64,000 bases of DNA. Origin: Octopus vulgaris. Its lineage: Eukaryota. The stretch lies in NCBI GenBank assembly GCA_951406725.2, contig OX597822.1:115940001-116004000 (forward strand), in the 5' to 3' direction. The position numbers were made by a program, and so were the translations under genes. Shown here piece after piece: positions 37,914 to 51,990 of the stretch. The notes under the pieces were generated by a model, which was not told where the DNA came from, ran no database searches, and worked only from the letters and a program-made list of their open reading frames with translations. The number at the start of each line of letters is the position of its first letter. The stretch's first letter is position 1.

Positions 37914-38300
37914 GAGGTGGCCAGCTGGCAGAATTGTCAGCAGCTGGGCAAAATGCTTAGCAGTATTTCGTCCGTCTTCACATTCTGAGTTCAAATTACA
38001 CTGTGGTCAACTTTGCTTTCCATCCTTCAGGGTTGATAAAACAAGTATCAGTCGACTACTCCGGCCAATGTAGTCGATTATCCCCCCCCCCCTGCCCGCT
38101 AAAATTTCAGGCCTTGTGCCTATAGTAGAAAGGATTATTATTACTGCCAGAAATTATTATTATTATTTTCAAATTCCACTGAGGTTACTTCACTTTTCAT
38201 AATTTCAGGGTCGATAAAATAAGGACCAGTAAAGAGCTGAGGGGTCAAGGTAACTGATTTAACGCCTTCCCCCAAATTGCTGGCCTTGTGCCAAAATTTA
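37914..38300 (+). mobile_element. Two tandem SINE family B copies (full, then 5'-truncated) separated by (TTA)n tails
   Basis: 37914-38140 is a full copy; 38168-38300 restarts at TTCAAATTCCACTGAGG. Confidence 0.8.
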
Positions 38301-39308
38301 TTATTATTATTATTATTATATTGGGATATTTAGGAAGGTTTTTGTCATCTCAGGTGACATGTTGTAGGTCAACGTTAGGAATCTCCTTTTTTTCTTTCCC
38401 AACAGTTTAATCCTGTCGGCTGCATATGAAACAACAACAACAACAACACACCAGTATGACAAGATCGGATGTTTTATTTTAGTCCATGCCAGCTATAAAT
38501 AACCTATTGTATGTTGTTTAGGTAAATTGGTTTATATAAATTCATGATGTGACTCTGCATTATCATGATTTGAAAACAAGTTTAAGTCATACAACAATGA
38601 ACCAGTAACAATAAACACTACAGCTATTCAGTACGTTATGCCTACTCATATGTAAAAATCCAGGTGACCTTTTATATGTAAGTATGTAGTACATCTTTAC
38701 AACTGTTGCTTTACAGAGGCCATAAAAAGAAGTCACGGTGGCCTAATGGATAATGTTTTTATTATTTAATTGGTTCATAGTTGATAAATTGCTTACTAAC
38801 ACACATTTTGCTCCATATCTTTAGTCAAGACATCAAGACTGTTCTGCTTCACTCTCATAAACAACAAATTATGCTCCAAGAGGGTCTCACAGTGACAGGC
38901 CCATTGCCAGACTTTGCTGCCCTGGGGTTGCTTCAGAATATTCTGGAAGGGCACTAATTTGTGTTGCAGGAATGTCTTTGCAAACTGTATTTTCTACATC
39001 TGAGGGTGCACCAATATATAGTGAGAAGCCGGTGCTGTCCAGTGCACCTTGCAGCAACAGGCATGAATAGTAGCACATCTAGAAAAGTGTTTTTTTTAAA
39101 GCTATGGAATTTTGTCAAAGCTGTTCAACCCGTGGCTCTCCAGTAAAAACCCTAAAGTACAAATCTGGAAGAGGTGCTCGAGATATGTAAGAAAGTTTGG
39201 TGGACAGATGACTTAGAACAATTATCTCTGATTTATATTTCAAACTGATTTGTGAACTGCAAGACTGCACCAAAATAGGAACAGCTTACATCATTATTGT
39301 GTTTTTAT

Positions 39309-39538
39309 TCAACCATTTAACTTTTAGATTGTTCTGTCAAACATAATGTTTATTTCGTCACACTGCTTCAAAGTAATCATGCATTCACTTGTACTTTCAA
39401 GATTTCAAGGATGTGATTGCATATTTCAAGAATGACATTCTAGGGTCAGTGTGATAGGCTGGATCTGGCCAGTTTGAACATAGAAAATATGAAGAATATT
39501 TGGGCATGAGATGGCTGGTTTAAATGCTATAGGTTTAA
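39309..39538 (+). mobile_element. piggyBac-like MITE (family E), diverged
   Basis: Internal GAATGACATT...GGATCTGGCCAGTTTGAACATA...GGTTTAAATGCTA shared with the other two copies. Confidence 0.7.
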
Positions 39539-40384
39539 GTGAAAATCAGTCCACTTCCAGGATTAAAACAACAAAATAGTTATAGCTGATACAGATTCAG
39601 AAAGCTAGTTTGGAAACCGTTTCAAAGTTAAAACTGTCAAGAGTGGTTTTAAGAGAGCTCCTATATCACTCTGCTTACATTTTTATTGATGCTGTAATCA
39701 GGACTCTCGGCTAAAGCATTAAGTTTAAGGAGTAGTAACTTTATAAATATTTCACAAGTCTGAAATATAAATTAAACTGGGTCACAAAAAGCCTTATAAC
39801 AATTAGCATTGTCTGCACTTTACATAAGTATATTTATATTTCTAACTACTTTGTGGTATTGGTTTTGAATTTAATATTCCATAAAACTGGACACTATAAC
39901 TCAGATTTTCAAACAAGTGGAAAGCAGACATTCACAATAAAATTATAGGTAAAGAAAAATCATAAAACTAAACAAGCTTAGTAAAAGAGCCCCATAAGGC
40001 AAACAATCATTTTATTTTACACAGGATAAGATACAAATTATTATTATTGATTTTTTGCAATGGGTTTTATAGTTCTAAAAATCTTTATTCTTCAGTTGCC
40101 ATTATACTGACGTAGGCAAGATGGGCCAGCAAATCTCAACTGTCAGTAGAATAGTAAAAATCAATATTTCACAGCTGGATATACTTTTGTAAGCATTTAA
40201 CCATGAAACAACAGAGATAGGTAATGGTTTGATCAATCTGGCTCAGAGGAGTTGAACTTAATCCTACAACAGCATTTGAAATCATAACATTTCGTTCTGT
40301 CGTTCAGCATTTTAATAACTCTTGTCTTTACAAAATATTTTAAAACAAACAGAAAGGAATGCATAAAGAACGAGCGACATGTGG

Positions 40385-40660
40385 TGTTACGTGATGCGAC
40401 ATGACACATAACCGACCAAGCTATCAGACGTTGTTACACATCGCTGATCACAATGCGCTTTTGCATTGTTTTAGCCTTCAAATGATGCCACCCTACTGGC
40501 TAGGTGAGCAAGCCAACATTCCCCACCAATCAAAGGGGGGCTGGAGCAATGTGAAAGGAAGTGTTTTGCTCAAGAACACAACGTGCTACCCAGTCAAGGA
40601 ATCAAACCCACGATCTAGTGATCATGAGTGCAACAGCCTAACCACTAGGCTACGCACCTT
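40385..40660 (-). mobile_element. tRNA-derived SINE, family C variant
   Basis: Minus-strand head GGTGCGTAGCCTAGTGGTTAGGG...GGTTTGATTCC; tail shared with 47862-48117. Confidence 0.8.
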
Positions 40661-41374
40661 CACGAGCTCACTCAATGGAGAAGGGATCAGGCCATTGTTG
40701 AGTGGTAGTTCATTATCTGGTGCGAATTGTGCAGTGCATGTTAAGTGCCTCGACAGGTGCCGACACAGCTGACACTGAAACTAAGTTTCACAAACCTTTC
40801 TAAAGACTTTAAAAAATCCCTTTATGCTAACTCCCTATAGCCTGTTACCTTTACTTTTAATTATTGCAATTACCTCATACTAATTTCATAAAGCCAGCCT
40901 TATATACTCATCAGGTAGCAAATCATTTACTTCACACAAGTCCTTCATAATGTAGCTTAGATTTCTCAGCCAGTAGTAACTAATGTGGACACTTAACGTG
41001 CGACCAATGTAACCGGCAGATTGTTGCTGTCATTGTTGAATAACGTCTGTCTTCTGTGTCCTGGCACAATGATATGCTCCACAGGTTTATCCTACCAGGA
41101 ATGCCAAGTATTATTATGATCCGAGACCACAATATATCACCTGTGACATGGTGTTTAGATGAGTGGGTGTTCATGCAGAAGCGGTTTGTGGCTGAAAATA
41201 TTTTGATGCCAGTTTCAGAGGAGGGCAATAAAAGAGTATTTTGTCATCATTTAGCAGCCTCAACTCCTCAATGTTTTTGACAAGGGGGTTGCTACTCATT
41301 ATTTAGAGTATTAAGTGCTGTCCTATGTTTTCCTGTGAGTATAGAAATAGGAAAGAAATAAAAGTCACTTAATA

Positions 41375-41755
41375 ACATGGTTATGCAGTAAGAAGCTTGC
41401 TTCCCAAACACATGGTTCTAGGTTCAATCCCACTGCATGGCACCAAAGCTAACTGTCTTCTACTACAGCCTCAGGCCAAACCAAAGCTTCATGAATGAAT
41501 TTGGTAGGTAGAAACTGAAAGAAGCCTGCCATATGCATGTTTTTGTGCTTGTGTTTGTCCCCCTTCCACCGCTTACAACCTGTGTTGGTTTGTTTACATT
41601 CCTGTAACTTAGAAGTTCAGCAAAAAGTGCCCAATAGAAAAAGTAATGGGCTTAAAAAATATAAGTAGTGGGATCAATTTTTTGGACTAAAACCTTCAAG
41701 GTGGTGACCCCAGCATGGCTGCAGTCCAATAACTGAAACAAGCAGAAGATAAAAA
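41375..41755 (+). mobile_element. SINE family A
   Basis: Colinear with 63133-63522. Confidence 0.85.
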
Positions 41756-42269
41756 GGAATCCAATATCTTGGTGTAATGCTGAACTGAAGAATTTGATAT
41801 GAAACAAACTGTAAAGAGCATTAACAGTTTCATGACTCACAACAACAATGTGCAGGCTACAGTATTAAATTCTATCAATAAACTAAAAAAAAAAAATCAT
41901 AAAATTATAGTAATCATTATCCTATGGTTACATCAACTAAAAAGTACCACATTTCTTTTTTTTTATTTTTATAAATACGTAAGTTAGTAATAAGCTACCA
42001 AAGGTTTTGATAGAAACTGTAGCTTATTCTGGAAGCAGACAAGATGTCCTTATATGACACGAGGGTGTTATAGTCATGTGGTCTCTAATCCATGTATGTC
42101 ATGTGCAGCTGTTGCTACCTGTGTAGAGCTTGAGGCTGTTTATGCATTCAATAAACTACACCATAAGTAAACAACAAGCATTTGTAAGCATTCCCAATCA
42201 GGCCATTTCCCAGTATACCTGTTCTGTTAGAATCAGTGCTTTTGGACAGGTCCTAAATGGGTTAAATTT

Positions 42270-42665
42270 TCTTTTTGTCTCTTTTTTATTTTAGTCATTA
42301 GATTTTTGCCATGCAGGGGCACTGCCTTGAAGAATTTTTAGATGAATTGATCAACCCCAGTACTGATTATTTGTTTAACTCTGGTACTTATTCTATCAGT
42401 CTCTTTTGCTGAACTGTTAAGTTATGGGGACATAAACACATTAACACCAGTTATCAAGCTGTGGTGGGGGGACAAACACAGACACAAAGACACACACATG
42501 CGCATGTGCACATGCATACAACAGGTCTCTTTCAGTTTCTACCAACCAAATCTATGGCCCAAAGCTATGGTAGAAGACACTTTCCCAAGGTGGTCTGTAG
42601 TAGAACTGAACCCAGAACCATGCGGTTGGGAAGCAAGCTACTTACCACACAGCCACGCCTGCCCC
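42270..42665 (-). mobile_element. SINE family A
   Basis: Reverse complement colinear with family A. Confidence 0.85.
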
Positions 42666-43097
42666 TAAAAATGTGTAGTTACACATCATCAAGTAATTAT
42701 AGTGATGAATTTGTTTTCATTGGGTATGTGCATTATTGAGCTAGCGTAAAGAATGGTCACTGAATATGATAGAGACAGGTGACACAGAAGCAATACGAAG
42801 AGCTGAACATCATTCTACTAATACAGACAGTTCCACAAATAATGGTAAGCAGAGGTAAAAACAGAAATGAAAGAACTCCTTCATTACAAGGATGAGACAA
42901 TTAAGGTTCCTTTTTCCATCAATATAACCTGCAACTCAGGTTGTTTTTCAGTCAGTCAGCACTTTGCAAACACTTCTTCAAGAAAAAGTGTTTTCTTATA
43001 AAACCAAGAAAACATTTGAACATCTAAGGTGTTAAGACAGAGTAAGAGAGTGCTCGAATCATGACAGTATGTTACAAGTAGGGGGCCTCTTTATAAG

Positions 43098-43515
43098 TCA
43101 TCATCATCATCGCTTTAACATCCACTTTTCCATGCTTGCATGGGTCAGATGCAATTTGTTGGGGTGGATTTTCTATGGGTTGGATGCCCTTCCTGCTGCC
43201 AACTCTTATCTGTTACTGAGGTAATATTTTTCCACGACCAGACACGTCTTATAAAGAAGACTGAAAAATAAAGGACACCACTTACTTGAAAGTGACACTC
43301 GTTTACAAGTATCAAAGGTCAAAGCAAGGAGAAAGTAACACACACACACACACATAACAGGCTTCTTTCAGTTTCTTTCAAATCCACTTGCAAGGCTTTT
43401 GTTGGTCTGGAGGTGTAGTAGAAGATAATTGCCCAAGGTGCCATGCATTGGGACTGAACCCAGAACCATGAGGTTGGGAAGCAAACTGCTTACCACACAG
43501 CCACACTTGCACCTA
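43098..43515 (-). mobile_element. SINE with family A head/core and an RTE-type tail
   Basis: Family A head through GAAACTGAAAGAAGCC-(GT)n, then GGCAGCAGGAAGGGCATCC...ACCCATGCAAGCATGGAAAAGTGGATGTTAAAGC(GAT)n. Confidence 0.85.
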
Positions 43516-44487
43516 TAATTATTTGAGACTATGATTTATGAAATGTCAACTTGATATTTCTTGACATCTAGCTAAGGAGCTTCCTTACCAGGGTCAGTAA
43601 AACCTTTCAAGCATTAATAAATACCAGCTATATTCTGGGGTCCTTTGAGTTTTTCCTTAAAGGGATTGTCTTGTGGAAAAGAAAGGCATTTTCATTTTAG
43701 TTGAGAATTTTTATGGGAGGTTTCACTGACACTCTTTGGCTAACAGCATAGATTGGATCTGTTGGCCACCAAGGAAAGATACTTTCAGGAATACTGACCT
43801 AAGCCAATGGCTTCAGTTATCATTGTCAACTACAACTTATTCCATCAATTTGGTTCTTGATTCTGACACTTCACATCATCAAATATGAGGAATCCCGACG
43901 AAAACCAAATCAAATGCATCACTGATACAACATATCCTCAACAATTATATTCTAAATAAAAAGGAGCTTGTTCCACTGTATGGCATATATCCCTTATCAA
44001 ATTACAAGTTTAGAGTTAACAGTGCTCCCAAAGCAAGCATAGGATAAAGGCCTGCAGTGCTGAGATGAATGAATAGCTAAAACCTACTGGTGGGTGTAGC
44101 TATATAGCACCACCACAACACCAGTTGCTGAAATATCAAAGGTTTTGAGAGAAACTGTTGTGAAGACAGAGAGAAAAGACCAAAGTTCTAGTGTCGGATC
44201 AAATATCTGAATTATAATCTTCAATAGCAAGTAGACTTTACATTTCATCATGAAAGCATTAAAGTCATGTCAATTAGCATCTCCCACATTTATAAACTGT
44301 GCATTTGTTTATGGAAACGGAAAAACCTAAACCAATGAAAACTAGGATTGTTTAATATAGTCTTTCAAACTAATGGCTCTTTCTCCTTTGGCAGTTTGTA
44401 GGTTAAGGTCAAGTGTTATGACTCGGTGGAAAATTAACTTACTTAATGTAATGCACACACAGATATATATATATATGCAGATTTATA

Positions 44488-44564
<77 letters not shown>

Positions 44565-44949
44565 CAATCCATACCAGTGTGGAAAATGGACGTTAAATGA
44601 TGACGATATCAGTGTTTTCTAATTAGCAACTTTTGATGCTATTTACTGGAGTTGTGTAGTGCCAGTCATCTTATCGGAATTTCTAACTGAATATCCTGCA
44701 AAATGCATTGCAAATGCTGAATGATAAACTTTATTCATTATTCATTGAGCATCATCTACTCTGTGTTCTCTCTACAAACCATGTTCATGCTGTGAAGCTA
44801 ACCAACTGTCTATAACCATGATCCTTTTGATTCCCACTACTTTACTGTATGCATTTATGTTATTGTATTTCTTAAGAAAAGATAACAGCTCAAAGTTTTG
44901 ATTCAAGACCAGCAAACATTAAGAATGATTGAGATTTTTCTGGCAGTGG

Positions 44950-45260
44950 TCGAGACAGAGGTCTTTAATGTCAGTGACAATGCTGGCCTTGGATTTGTGT
45001 CAACCCAAAGATACAGTCATCCAGGCACCCATCTTTTTCACTATTCTCGGGAGAGTCACAGGAGTACAGTCCTCAGGCATTTCTTCCAAATGGTCCTGCC
45101 ATTTCATTTTCCAGCGGGATTGCCAAGCTTGACCAACTGAAACTAGGGATATTATCCAACCATCCTGTTCTTGGTCCCCCTCAAGATTTTCTGCAGGTTG
45201 GCTCAACTTGTAGAATCCATCTTGTGATTCTTTCCTACAACCTTTGAATCACGTCTGCAT
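44950..45260 (-). mobile_element. Highly decayed non-LTR (RTE-like) ORF2 3' fragment
   Basis: ORF 45000-45206 contains RWKMKWQDHLEEMPEDCTP, resembling the R..WxGHxxRMxExRxP motif. Confidence 0.4.
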
Positions 45261-46989
45261 AGTACCAGAGCTATGACCTCTCAATGTGGAGAGGTTGTGA
45301 CTTGACCTGGAGAGATTCCTTGACCTCTGAGTTATGTAACCTGTCGAGTAACATTGCTCCAGAAACCTTCAGAGGAACCCCATTTTTGGTCACTTGTATT
45401 CACAACTGCACTCTTTCAGTCATCATCCAATGTTTACAACTAGGGACCTAAGATACAGCAAGTGATATTATCAAAAGCCATGCTTGTGTGTAGATAACAT
45501 GGAAATCTAGCACTCAATAACAAGAGTTACCATAAAACATGAAACAATACACAAAATATATTGGAAAAGAAAACTGTGTTATTTCTGCAATATTGTGAAA
45601 AATCTTTGTGATAATAGTAAACAAGTATGCAAGACTAGAGTAAAATCAGACCCAAAAAGCAGCAATTTCAAATCTACTTCTCTAACTCTGATTCTATAAG
45701 ACTTTGATATTCTTGTACAGTTCTACAACACAGAGAAGCAATTGTAGACATGCTTTTGACTATTCAACTCTTCAGTTTCAAAGACAATTCATAGCAAAAG
45801 ATTCCTGTCAGCATATAAGAGTTGTTCAAACAATAAAAACTATTGTTACAGACGATCAAATTATTAGGAAACGTTGGCAGAACTAGAAGAGTGGCGGCAG
45901 ACTGAATGTTTGGTGAGAATTTAAATATGTACCTTGATGCACTCAGTTCAAACCCTACTAAGGTTGACTTATTCCCCATGATTGAGAAAAACAGTTATCA
46001 GTCAATCACAGAGCGTGGATTAACTGTCAACCACTCCCAAAATATCTGGTGCAAAGTCATTATTGAAAAACAAGCAAAAGAGTTGTTCCCTCGACTCAGA
46101 CTGAACCCAACACAAAGTCTCATCTACAGTCAATCATTAATTGACAAAATTTGCTCATTATTCCATCTTGTATATCTTCACAGCGGCAACAGTTGCCACA
46201 CTTTCAAACGGCATACACTGGACCCTCAGTTCTTTCGTTATTGTTTTCAGCATATTTTGTCTCCCTTTAATTCCAACTACACACTTGCTTCAGCCAAAGA
46301 TCCATCATCCCTCTTTGCATTTCATGTCTTGTTAAATCTAATTATAACACACACACACACACACATTCACGATCTCTGTGACTGTTATTAATTCGAGTTA
46401 TCATGATAGACCAAGGCTTTAGAAATACACTTAATCTCAACAAAATTGTCAAATTCAAGTTTATCATTTAAACAATTGAGAATAGACATGCAAGAGAGAA
46501 AGGAAAAAAGAAAGAGAAATGAGCAACATGCCTTCCTGAAATACCAATGTTAAGACAAAAAACTACAATGAAAACTCAAGAGGAATATCAACAGATTCCT
46601 GTCCACTTTGCAGCTGCAATATTACTTTGCATTTCGCTTGCAGTTATCTCGTTAAGGACTATTTAAGAGTCATTAAAAAAAGACCCACACCCTCCAGTAT
46701 CAGTGACTCACAATTATAGCTTGATACCCGGAAACAATAATGAGTGTTCAAAGAGATTATATCCATGGAGATAGAGAGATAGAAACGCAAACAATAAACA
46801 ATAAGCAACAAGTTGAAGTGATGTTGCAAAGTAGAAACATGTTTGTGGTTGTTATCCATTCATTTTTTGAAGCCAATTTTGTCAGTAATTTCTGAAGCTA
46901 TATTAAAAATATTAACAAAAACTGAAGCTATTTAATAAATTCAAGTTTCCCCAATGCAAAGGTTCACCTTGAAACTTCTCAAAATTAAC

Positions 46990-47333
46990 TTAAGAAGTTT
47001 GCTTCCCAACCACATGGTTCTGGGTTCACTCCCACAGTGTGGCAGCTTGGGCAAGTGTCTTCTATTATAGCCTTGGGCCAGCCAAAACCATTTGAGAGGA
47101 TTTGGCAGATCGAAACTGAAAGAAGCCCATTGTGTGTGTGTATCCCACTGCCTCTTGACAACCTGTGTTGGTGTGTTTATGTCCCCGTAATTTAATGGTT
47201 TGGCAAAAGAGATGGACAGAATATGTACTGGGCTTAAAAAGACAATAAGTACTTGAGTCAATTAGTTCAACTAAAATTCCTCAAAGTGATGCTCAAGCAT
47301 GGCCACAGTCTAATGGCTGAAACAAGTAAAAGA
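46990..47333 (+). mobile_element. SINE family A, 5'-clipped
   Basis: AAGAAGTTTGCTTCCCAACCACATGGTTCTGGGTTCA...GCATGGCCACAGTCTAATGGCTGAAACAAGTAAAAGA. Confidence 0.85.
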
Positions 47334-47826
47334 TATTGGAGTACAACACAACAGATAACTGGTGTGATACAGATGAAATGTGAAGTAAGAAGTTTAATAT
47401 GATCCCCACTGCAGGTGATAGGCACCATGAAGGGGCACAAAACATGTTAATCACCGTCATACCAACCCACCAGAGACTATCCAGAAGTCTCTGATACAAA
47501 CTTTCTGCTTTAAATTTAATCCAAATTAAAAGCTTCCACCAAAATCCCAGCTAATTTATGTTCCAAGCACTCGCTTCAGAATAACCAAGTTGTGATGAAT
47601 TTTTTTCTTTATTTCCAAAATAATTGAAACAAAGACAGTGTATTTCAACGGAAGCAAAAGGATAAAACTTTATGCAGAAAGTGTGAGACACAAGGCAAGA
47701 GAGAACACACGAAGGATTTTAACATTGACAGAAAGATCACTTTTAAATCACAATCACCAGTTGCATTGTATCAGTTGGTAAATCCTGAAATAATTTTCAT
47801 TCTCAGAGTATAATAATATTTCACAG

Positions 47827-47861
<35 letters not shown>

Positions 47862-47864
<3 letters not shown>

Positions 47865-48117
47865 ATGATCATGTGACCGACCAGGCTATCAGATGTTGCT
47901 ACATACCGCTGGTCACAATGCGCTTCGCATTGTTTTAGCCTTCAAATGATGTCACCCTGCTGGCTAAGCGAGCAGGCCAACAACAGAAAGAGTGAGAGAA
48001 AGTTGTGGCGAAAGAGTACAGCAGGGATCGCCACCACCTCCTGCCGGAGCCTCGTGGACCTTTAGGTGTTTTCGCTCAATAAACACTCACAACGCCCGGT
48101 CGAGGAATTGAAACCGC
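47862..48117 (-). mobile_element. Young tRNA-derived SINE, 5'-clipped, CpG-rich
   Basis: Minus strand GCGGTTTCAATTCCTCGACCGGGCGTTGTGAGTGTTTATTGAGCGAAAACACCTAAAG; tail shared with 40385-40660. Confidence 0.8.
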
Positions 48118-48294
48118 AAATATAAATATATATATATATATTCCTAGATCTAATGGTTAAAAAAAGATATGCAATCAACTGAGCAGGTAATTAAGCATGA
48201 GTAATTAAGCTAAAGGTGAATTAATATAAACTATAACCATGATAAAACATTTGATAATACAAACACAAAATGCCATAAACCTGTAGAAAAGTTT

Positions 48295-48773
<479 letters not shown>

Positions 48774-49036
48774 ATGGATGGATGGATGATGATGATGATG
48801 ATGATGAAAATAGGTCCTAGAAAGCATTAACAACAGTAGATGCAGGAGTGAGTGCCAAGAAGGCATTTGCTGTTTAGATACCAGAAACTTGAAAACAACT
48901 TTGAAGTGACTTGACATTCAAGAAGCTGATACAGACCTGATGGTGTGTGTGATTGGGGGGGAGGAGGAGGAGGAGAAGAAGCAGTGAGGTAGCACAAGCA
49001 AAAAGAACAGCTCTATTAACAGGGATTCAACACACA

Positions 49037-49087
<51 letters not shown>

Positions 49088-49432
49088 ACACACACACACA
49101 CATACAAACTCATTTTTTTCTATTAAATTTTCAAGGTGCAAGTCATTACACTGGACAGACGGATTAAAACTGGACAGATGCAACATCAGATTGGATATTA
49201 TTAATATGAAACAAATTGATGCACACGGTTTCATTTCTACCTTTCTTTTAACACCTGGTGATTCAGTGTCCCCCATGAAGACTAACCTAACCATTTGTTA
49301 GTCAACCAAGCCTTCATTTCCACATCACAGTTTCTCGTTTGCTCCAGCGAAGCCTCGGCATCAGAGGTTCTCAACTATTTTCTATTTATGGACCTCTTTG
49401 ATTCTTATTTTATATCATAAATAGAAATTCTA

Positions 49433-49595
49433 TCATCGTCATCATCGTTTAACGTCCGTTCTCCATGCTAGCATGGGTTGGACGGTTCGACCGGGGATCT
49501 GGGAAGCCAGAAGGCTGCACCAGGCTCCGGTTTTATCTGGCAATGTTTCTACAGCTGGATGCCCTTCCTAATGCCAACCACTCCGGGAGTGTAGA
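49433..49595 (-). mobile_element. RTE 3' tail (family D), young
   Basis: Reverse complement of the 16190-16340 segment. Confidence 0.85.
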
Positions 49596-49654
49596 AACAA
49601 TATAGAAACAAGTATAGAAACAATAAACTGTTACATTGATACAAGTTAGAAAAT

Positions 49655-49958
49655 TACTCAATGGTTAGAGCATCGGGTTTACAATCATGAGGTTGTGAGT
49701 TCGATTCTTGGACGAGTCTGTGTGTTGTGTTCTTGAGCAAGACACTTTATTTCGTGTTGCTCCAGTTCCCTCAGCTGTAGAAATGAGTTGTGACATCACT
49801 GGTGCCAAACATTATCAGCCTCTGCCTTTCCCTTGGATAACATCGGTGGCAGCGAGAGCAGAAGCTGGTATGCAGCCTTGACCAGACTTGTGCATTGAAG
49901 GGTAACCTTCTAGGTGCAACCTCATGGTCATTCATAACCGAAAGGAGGAAAGGTCTTT
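49655..49958 (+). mobile_element. CORE-like SINE, family C (long-tail variant)
   Basis: TGGTTAGAGCATCGGG...GAGTTCGATTC...GTGTTCTTGAGCAAGACACTTTATTTC...CTCAGCTGTAGAAATGAG. Confidence 0.85.
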
Positions 49959-50109
49959 ACTTTTTTTTTTAGCCAGAAAAATAACACATTACAAAATACT
50001 GGAAAAGAGATTTTTTTACTTTAAACACCATTTATTCTAATGAGTTGAGGCAATATCTATAGATTTCCTAGGCTTTGCTACACTGGGGTAAAAGAGAGTT
50101 TGGATACTG

Positions 50110-51050
50110 CTTAATGCTCAGTTACGAGTGTTTGGAACAAGGTGGCAGGGGTGTTCCAGATGGATGTATTTCTGAAAAGGTAGAATATTGAGTCTGGGGT
50201 ATGATGTGGTGGGAGATAACATGGAGTGAAGGGAGTTGGTTTATTTTGCTTGTTACATACAATCAACAAATTTGAAGGAGCTGAGATATTTGTGGTAGTA
50301 GTAGAGGAGCATGGGTGGAGTGGCTGATGAGAGTTGGTGAATAATAGTTTGTCTATTAAACAGATGGTGTTTTCCATAAACATGGTCGAGAATGTAAGAG
50401 AATGAAACAAGAGATTCACCCACGATGTAAGAAATTCACTCCAGGAAAAAGGTGAACTTCTACAATATATCTTGTCAGTAACCAATCAGGACATAAGTAT
50501 TTCCTGACCATGAAAAAGAAACCCCAATCATGGTAATTTGGGGAGATTGTATTTAGGTGTCTTAAGGAGTCATGAAATGAATAATGAGCCCTTATTCTTA
50601 CACTGGTTAAAACTGTTTTAATTGGGTGCTATGTTTTTCAAAACCAGTTGAGTGTATAGTGCTGTAGGTAAGTTTTCCTAAAAGCTACGATGTCTGTGAT
50701 TTGTGCTATTGAGTAACAAAGTTGTAATATCACAGTTGCAGGTTATTTTTAAGGTCTCTGTTATTAGAGAATACGTACATCTGCCAAGAGGAATTAATGT
50801 TTCATGAATATATCTGATTACAAAAGGAGAGAGAAGTGTAAGTGGGGTGTCATCTACGTAAGTGTTCATGTGATTAGAGGTGGCAGCGAATGGGTCATTA
50901 GTGTCAAGAAGGAAAATAATTAATGAGATTTTCAGCCCTGAGGCTGAAGACAGTCTTTTCAACACATGCTGAGGTGGAGGGATCTGATAGAAGCTTGTGA
51001 TCAAGCTTATTAGGGTTGGGTGGAGCCAAAAGACAAGAGAGTTTGCCAAC
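50110..51050 (-). mobile_element. Decayed non-LTR retrotransposon RT/3' region (CR1/L2/Jockey group)
   Basis: ORF 50678-51049 has LHPTLISLITSF...FLLDTNDPFAATSNHMNTYVDDT (YxDD RT motif). ORF 50111-50485 has ICLIDKLLFTNSHQPL and FRNTSIWNTP, typical C-terminal motifs. Confidence 0.7.
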
Positions 51051-51345
51051 AGATTCTAATGCAAGAAACAGTCGAGGTTTTTTTTTTTTATTGACATCAA
51101 AGATAAAACTATTTTAATCAAACCTAAGTTTACAAAAAAAAAAAATAAAAAAGAGAAGAGTCCATTGCATTTTCTAAGGGATCTAACTCAATAGAAACTA
51201 TGCTGGTGATCCCTGAGAAATGGAAGATTCAAAGTAATATGATTATTTGCAATTATTTCCATTATCTCATATATGTTTCAAGAGGAGCACTTTAGGCTAA
51301 AACAGGCCACATTGTTAAAGGTTTCCGTACCAATATATATATATA

Positions 51346-51915
51346 TCATCATCATCATCATCTTCGTTTAATGTCCGTTCTCCATGCTAGCATGGATTGG
51401 ATGGTTCGACCGAGATCTAGGAAACCAGAAGGCTGCACCAGGCCCCAGTCTGATCTGGCAGTGTTTCTACAGCTGGATGCCCTTCCTAACGCCAACCACT
51501 CCATAAGTGTAGTGGGTGCTTTTTACGTACCAGGTGAGGTTGGCAACAGCCACGATCGGATTGGTGCTGTTTACGTGCCACCGGCATGGAAGCCAGTCAA
51601 GGCGGCGCTGTCATTGGCCATGTTCAGATGGTGGTTTTTACGTGCCACTGGCACGGAAGCCAGTCAAGGCGGCGCTGGCATTGGCCACGTTCGGATGGTG
51701 CTTTTTACATGCCACCAGCATAGGGATCACAACTACAATTTCCATTGATTTTTGATGTTGGTGTACTTGACTCAATGGATCTTCTCAAGCACAGGGTTGA
51801 AATGGTGTTTCTTTACTTGCCACCTGCACAGGAGTCAGTCCAGCGGCCCTGGCAACTGCCGGGTGCCAATCATAGGATTGGTTCAATTTCGATTCCGATT
51901 TCACTTGCCCCAAGT
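51346..51915 (-). mobile_element. RTE LINE 3' UTR (family D) with internal tandem units
   Basis: Reverse complement homologous to 15949-16358 and 36030-36530; (ATC)n tail at 51346-51362. Confidence 0.85.
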
Positions 51916-51990
51916 GAAATATATATATATATATACATAATACATTATGTGTCTTCATGTATGTATATATATATACACACACACACATAC

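Noticed and set aside
38887-39146. Short ORFs in non-repeat, slightly GC-richer DNA (also 40980-41280, 27049-27677, 14401-14729, 9372-9783)
   Set aside because: No recognisable motif or convincing paired splice sites; probably old unclassified repeat debris or regulatory DNA.
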